A stretch of 64,000 nucleotides of DNA, from positions 70,192 to 134,191 of the forward strand of contig CAWHNS010000001.1 of NCBI GenBank assembly GCA_963830715.1, in the 5' to 3' direction. Shown one piece after another: positions 60,458-64,000 of the stretch. This DNA comes from an uncultured delta proteobacterium. Lineage in GTDB: Bacteria; Desulfobacterota; Binatia; Binatales; Binataceae. The notes beneath the pieces are model-generated. The model searched no databases. It was not told where the DNA came from and worked only from the letters and a program-made list of their open reading frames with translations. The number at the start of each line of letters is the position of its first letter. Positions within the stretch are counted from its first letter, which is position 1. The position numbers were made by a program, and so were the translations under genes.

Positions 60458-61491
60458 ATGCGCAAGCGCGCTCGTGCGGCGCTCCGCCCCCCTAGGGCGG
60501 ATGATCGCCGGTTGTGGGACGTGATGCTCGGCATTTGGGGCTATCCCGCGGTGCTGGTCGCCGACGAGCTCAAGTTTTTCGAGATGCTCGCCGAGAAGGA
60601 GCTCGCGCTCGACGAAATCTGCAAAACCAGGCGGATTCCGGCCCGCTCGGCCCACGCGATTCTCGCGGTCTGCACATCGCTGGGCCTGATGTCGCTGCGC
60701 AACGGTCGCTACGCGCTCACGCCCATATCGCGGGAATATATGCTGCCGTCGAGTCCGTACTTCTTCGGCTGGTTCTACAGTGCCTGGCGACTCGTCATTT
60801 CGGTATGGACGCCGGACTCGCTGCGCGAGGCGGTCCTCACCGGCCGACCACAGGGCGTCTTTTCCGATCCCGGGGGCGTGTTCGCATCATGGCACTCCCG
60901 ACACGCTGAGGATTTCACGCGGGCGATGCATAGCGCGAGCATGGCGCCCGCGATGGTGTGGCCGCGCAAGCTTGACCTGTCGCGAGCCCGCGTGATGCTC
61001 GATGTCGGCGGGGGGTCGGGAGCACACTCGATTGGCGCCGTGACCGTGCGGCCGAAGCTGAGGGCGATCGTCCTCGATCAAGCGACGATCTGTGCGATCG
61101 CGCTGGAGAGCGCGGAGAAATACGGCGTCGCGGACCGGGTCTCCACGCATACCGCCGACTTCTTCAACGATCCGTATCCGCCGGCTGACCTTCACTTTTA
61201 CAGCATGATCTTTCACGATTCGCACGCCCGAGCGATGCCGGTTTTTCGCCCGCAAGAGCTTCGACAGTCTGCCCTCGGGCGGGCGAATCATCGTCCACGA
61301 GATGCTCTTCAACGACGATCGGACCGGCCCGTTCCCGGTCGCCGCTTTCAACGTAGACATGCTGATCGCGATGCCGGGGCAGCAGTATTCCGGCCGCGAA
61401 TTCCTCGATGCTGAAAGACGCGGGCTTCCGCAAAGTCCAGGTCAAGCGCACGTTCGGATACTGGAGCATCGTGACCGGCCTGAAGCCGTAA
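60458..61491 (+). CDS. class I SAM-dependent O-methyltransferase (family 2, with N-terminal dimerisation/wHTH domain); two frame breaks in this sequence
   Basis: SAM motif LDVGGGSG. After ..YSMIFHD the homology (..PERCRFFARKSFDSLPSGGRIIVHEMLFNDD..) continues in the frame of ORF 61302.., and the last part (MLKDAGFRKVQVKRTFGYWSIVTGLKP*) is in the third frame. The breaks lie near 61217-61226 and 61405-61414. Confidence 0.75.
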
Positions 61492-61539
61492 CTCGGCCGT
61501 CGAATCAACACCGCCAGTGCTTGAGGGCAGGGGCCGTGG

Positions 61540-61634
61540 CGGCCCACGACCGGCGCCCCCGGCTCGCCAGAGGCCGGTGGTTTTTGGTATCCCTCACAGG
61601 GACCACCATGGCAACCGCCTATCGCGAAAGCCCC
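61540..61634 (+). repeat. phaC leader and first codons; intact partner of the 60265..60352 repeat
   Basis: See 60265..60352. Confidence 0.7.
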
Positions 61635-63305
61635 GAACCGGAGGCTGCGAATGACGCCGTCAACGCTATCCTGGGCGCGAATCCGTTCGTCGGATTCGAC
61701 GCGTTGAGACTCGCGCAGGCTCTCGGCCGTTTCCTCAAGCGACTGGCGATCCGGCCGGACGTGACCGGTCCGCGCCTCGCGCAACTGTCGCTGGAGCTGA
61801 TGCGAATAGCCGGCGGCGAATCGACGCTCAAGCCGGAGCCCTCGGACCGCCGCTTCGCAGACCCCGCATGGTCGGACAGTCCGATCTACAAGCCCCTGAT
61901 GCAGACCTATCTTGCCTGGCGCGGCGCGATACTTAAGCTCTGCGACGCCGACGGACTCGATTGGCGCGATGCCGAGCAGCAGCGGTTCGCCGTCACGCTG
62001 CTGACCGAGTCGCTGTCCCCGACCAACCTGCTGGCCGGCAATCCGGCCGCGCTCAAGCGCGCCTTTGAGACCGGCGGCCAGAGCCTGCTGCGCGGGCTTG
62101 CGAATTTTGTCGACGATTTCTTCCGCAACGGAGCGATGCCCTCGCAGGTGGATAAGCGCCCGTTCGATGTCGGCCGGAATATCGCCGTTACCGCCGGCGC
62201 GGTGATCTATCGCGGCGAGCTTTGCGAGGTAATCCAGTACGCGCCGAAGACCGAGCTGGTCTTCCAGCGCCCGGTTCTGCTGATACCGCCGCAAATCAAC
62301 AAATTCTACATCATGGATCTCGCGCCGGGCCGGAGCTTTGTCGAGCACGCGGTATCGCAGGGGCTCCAGTTCTTCGCGATCAGCTGGCGGAACCCGACTC
62401 CCGCCGATCGTGCCTGGGACCTCGATCGCTACGTGGCGGCGTGCCAGCAAGCGATCGACGCGGTGTGCGAAATCACCGGCAGCGAGGACTGCAATCTGGT
62501 CGGGCTGTGCGCGGGAGGCATCACCGGCGCGCTGCTGCTCGGCCATCTCGCGGCGGCTTCGGATCCCAAGGTCCATTGCGCGACGCTGCTGGTGACGATG
62601 CTCGAGAGCGGCTCGCCATCGATGACCACGATGTTCCTGACCGAGGAGATGGTGGCCGACGCGGTGCGCCGCTCCGAGGCGAAGGGCGTGCTCGAAGGCG
62701 GCGAGATGGCGCGCACGTTTGCCTGGATGCGCCCCAACGATCTGGTCTGGAATTACTGGGTGAACAACTACCTGATGGGCAACCGTCCGCCGGCGTTCGA
62801 TATTCTTTTCTGGAACTGCGATTCCACCTCGCTGCCCGCAGCGTTGCACGCCGATTTTCTCACTCTGCTGTTGAAGAACCTGCTGACCCGCGCCGGCGCG
62901 GCGACGGTGCTGGGCACGCCGATCGACCTCCGCCGCGTCAAATGCGACATCTATTTGCTCGCCGGGCTTACCGATCACATCTGCCCGTGGCGCTCGTGCT
63001 ATAGCGGTACCGCGATGTTCGGCGGGCGCGTGGAGTTTGTGCTGAGCTCGAGCGGCCACGTCCAGAGCCTGGTCAACCCGCCGGGAAATCCGAAGGCGCG
63101 CTACTTCGTCAACTCCAGTCTGCCCGCGGATCCGGAGCAATGGTTCGGCGGCGCGAAGGAGCATCCGGGGAGCTGGTGGGAGCATTGGGCTTCATGGATA
63201 TCGCAACGCTCGGGCGATCGCGCGCCGGCTCGCACGGTGCCGGGCAGCAAGCGCCATCCGGCGCTCGAGTCGGCGCCGGGACGCTACGTGCGCGAGCATC
63301 GATGA
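61608..63305 (+). CDS. phaC: class I/II poly(3-hydroxyalkanoate) synthase
   Basis: 565 aa from ATG 61608. Lipase-box GLCAGG with catalytic Cys. Blocks ..RRFADPAW.., ..LLIPPQINKFYIMDL.. and ..FWN.DST.LP... Confidence 0.9.
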   Translation: MATAYRESPEPEAANDAVNAILGANPFVGFDALRLAQALGRFLKRLAIRPDVTGPRLAQLSLELMRIAGGESTLKPEPSDRRFADPAWSDSPIYKPLMQTYLAWRGAILKLCDADGLDWRDAEQQRFAVTLLTESLSPTNLLAGNPAALKRAFETGGQSLLRGLANFVDDFFRNGAMPSQVDKRPFDVGRNIAVTAGAVIYRGELCEVIQYAPKTELVFQRPVLLIPPQINKFYIMDLAPGRSFVEHAVSQGLQFFAISWRNPTPADRAWDLDRYVAACQQAIDAVCEITGSEDCNLVGLCAGGITGALLLGHLAAASDPKVHCATLLVTMLESGSPSMTTMFLTEEMVADAVRRSEAKGVLEGGEMARTFAWMRPNDLVWNYWVNNYLMGNRPPAFDILFWNCDSTSLPAALHADFLTLLLKNLLTRAGAATVLGTPIDLRRVKCDIYLLAGLTDHICPWRSCYSGTAMFGGRVEFVLSSSGHVQSLVNPPGNPKARYFVNSSLPADPEQWFGGAKEHPGSWWEHWASWISQRSGDRAPARTVPGSKRHPALESAPGRYVREHR

Positions 63306-63330
63306 GACTGCGGCCGGGAGCAGCAACGCC

Positions 63331-64000
63331 ATGAAAACGACCAGGACCAATCCCTATCAACTGGCGCTCGACAAGAACGCCGCCAACTATGCGCCGCTGA
63401 CGCCGCTGACGTTTCTCGAGCGGGCGGCATTCGTATATCCCGATCGCATCTCGATCATACATGGCGATCTGAAATTCTCCTGGAAGGAGACTTATGCGCG
63501 CAGCCGCCGCCTCGCCTCGGCGTTGAGGCGTCGCGGGATCGGGGTCGGCGATACGGTGGCGCTGATGGCGCCGAACATCCCCGCCATGTACGAGGCGCAT
63601 TTCGGCGTGCCGATGACCGGCGCGGTGCTGAATACGCTCAACACGCGGCTCGATGCGGAAGCGATCGCCTTCATGCTCCAGCATGGCGAGGCCAAGGTCC
63701 TGATCACAGACACCGAGTTTTCGCCCACTATCGAGCGCGCGCTCAAGCTGCTGCCCAGGCGCCCGCTGGTGATCGACATCGACGATCCCGAATACGACGG
63801 CAGCGGACTGCTCGGCGAGCAGGACTACGAAAGCCTTCTGCGAGAAGGGGATCCCGAGTTCAACTGGCCGCCGCCCGCCGACGAGTGGGACGCGATCTCG
63901 CTCAACTACACCTCGGGCACGACTGGCAATCCCAAGGGCGTGGTCTATCACCATCGCGGCGCCTGCCTCAACGCGCTTTGCAACGCCGTGAGCTGGGGGA
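63331..64000 (+). CDS. AMP-dependent acyl-CoA synthetase/ligase (medium/short-chain type), 3' end outside the window
   Basis: ATG 63331. The frame is open to the window end. AMP-binding motif YTSGTTGNPKGV lies at the end. It is absent from the ORF track because no stop is reached. Confidence 0.85.
   Translation, partial: MKTTRTNPYQLALDKNAANYAPLTPLTFLERAAFVYPDRISIIHGDLKFSWKETYARSRRLASALRRRGIGVGDTVALMAPNIPAMYEAHFGVPMTGAVLNTLNTRLDAEAIAFMLQHGEAKVLITDTEFSPTIERALKLLPRRPLVIDIDDPEYDGSGLLGEQDYESLLREGDPEFNWPPPADEWDAISLNYTSGTTGNPKGVVYHHRGACLNALCNAVSWG

Noticed and set aside
61164-63185. Very long antisense ORFs. Examples: 673 aa opposite phaC; also 8041..9066, 4327..5538, 12464..13648, 28262..29725 and 46768..48117 on the minus strand, and 14137..15495 and 23080..24414 on the plus strand.
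   Set aside because: Each lies opposite a gene with strong family motifs. Their products are Arg/Ala/Pro/Gly-rich and low in complexity. These are typical shadow ORFs of high-GC DNA where stop codons are rare.

Overview
GC-rich bacterial chromosomal window, probably from a diderm organism given lnt, beta-barrel-like and DUF1329 proteins; the lineage is not determinable from sequence alone. It is mostly housekeeping and metabolic genes at high coding density. I found no rRNA, CRISPR array, transposase or integrase. Content from left to right: two tandem ArnT/PMT-like membrane glycosyltransferases plus asnB; an orphan secF; the operon iscS-iscU-iscA-hscB-hscA-iscX, which lacks iscR and fdx; an F420/LLM oxidoreductase and a large FAD/Fe-S oxidase; an acyl-CoA cluster (ECR-like MDR reductase, MaoC, ACAD, MaoC, malyl/citramalyl-CoA-lyase-like); argC; a FecR-like / small beta-barrel / CHASE2-cyclase module; rplM-rpsI with tRNA-Asp; phoH-ybeY-(unknown)-lnt; a five-gene periplasmic cluster (DUF1329, unknown, di-haem peroxidase, Tat metallophosphoesterase, cytochrome c); metK-ahcY; HPr with a DHH phosphoesterase; class I lysyl-tRNA synthetase; hemW; msrA, AKR and ALDH; a HAF-repeat protein; an unknown-function trio (GT-C-like membrane protein plus two secreted proteins, one with giant Pro-Thr linkers and a near-perfect internal 1185-bp duplication); and finally a sigma54-type promoter with a small ORF, an O-methyltransferase, phaC and an acyl-CoA synthetase. 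Two cautions apply. First, about 18 single-base frame disruptions hit 16 otherwise intact genes, including essential ones, so most are likely consensus errors; I report those genes as single units. Second, the many long antisense ORFs are high-GC shadows. The best candidate for something undescribed is the 52.3-57.7 kb trio. Secondary candidates are the FecR/CHASE2 module, the acyl-CoA cluster, the periplasmic five-gene cluster and the duplicated phaC leader flanking the methyltransferase.
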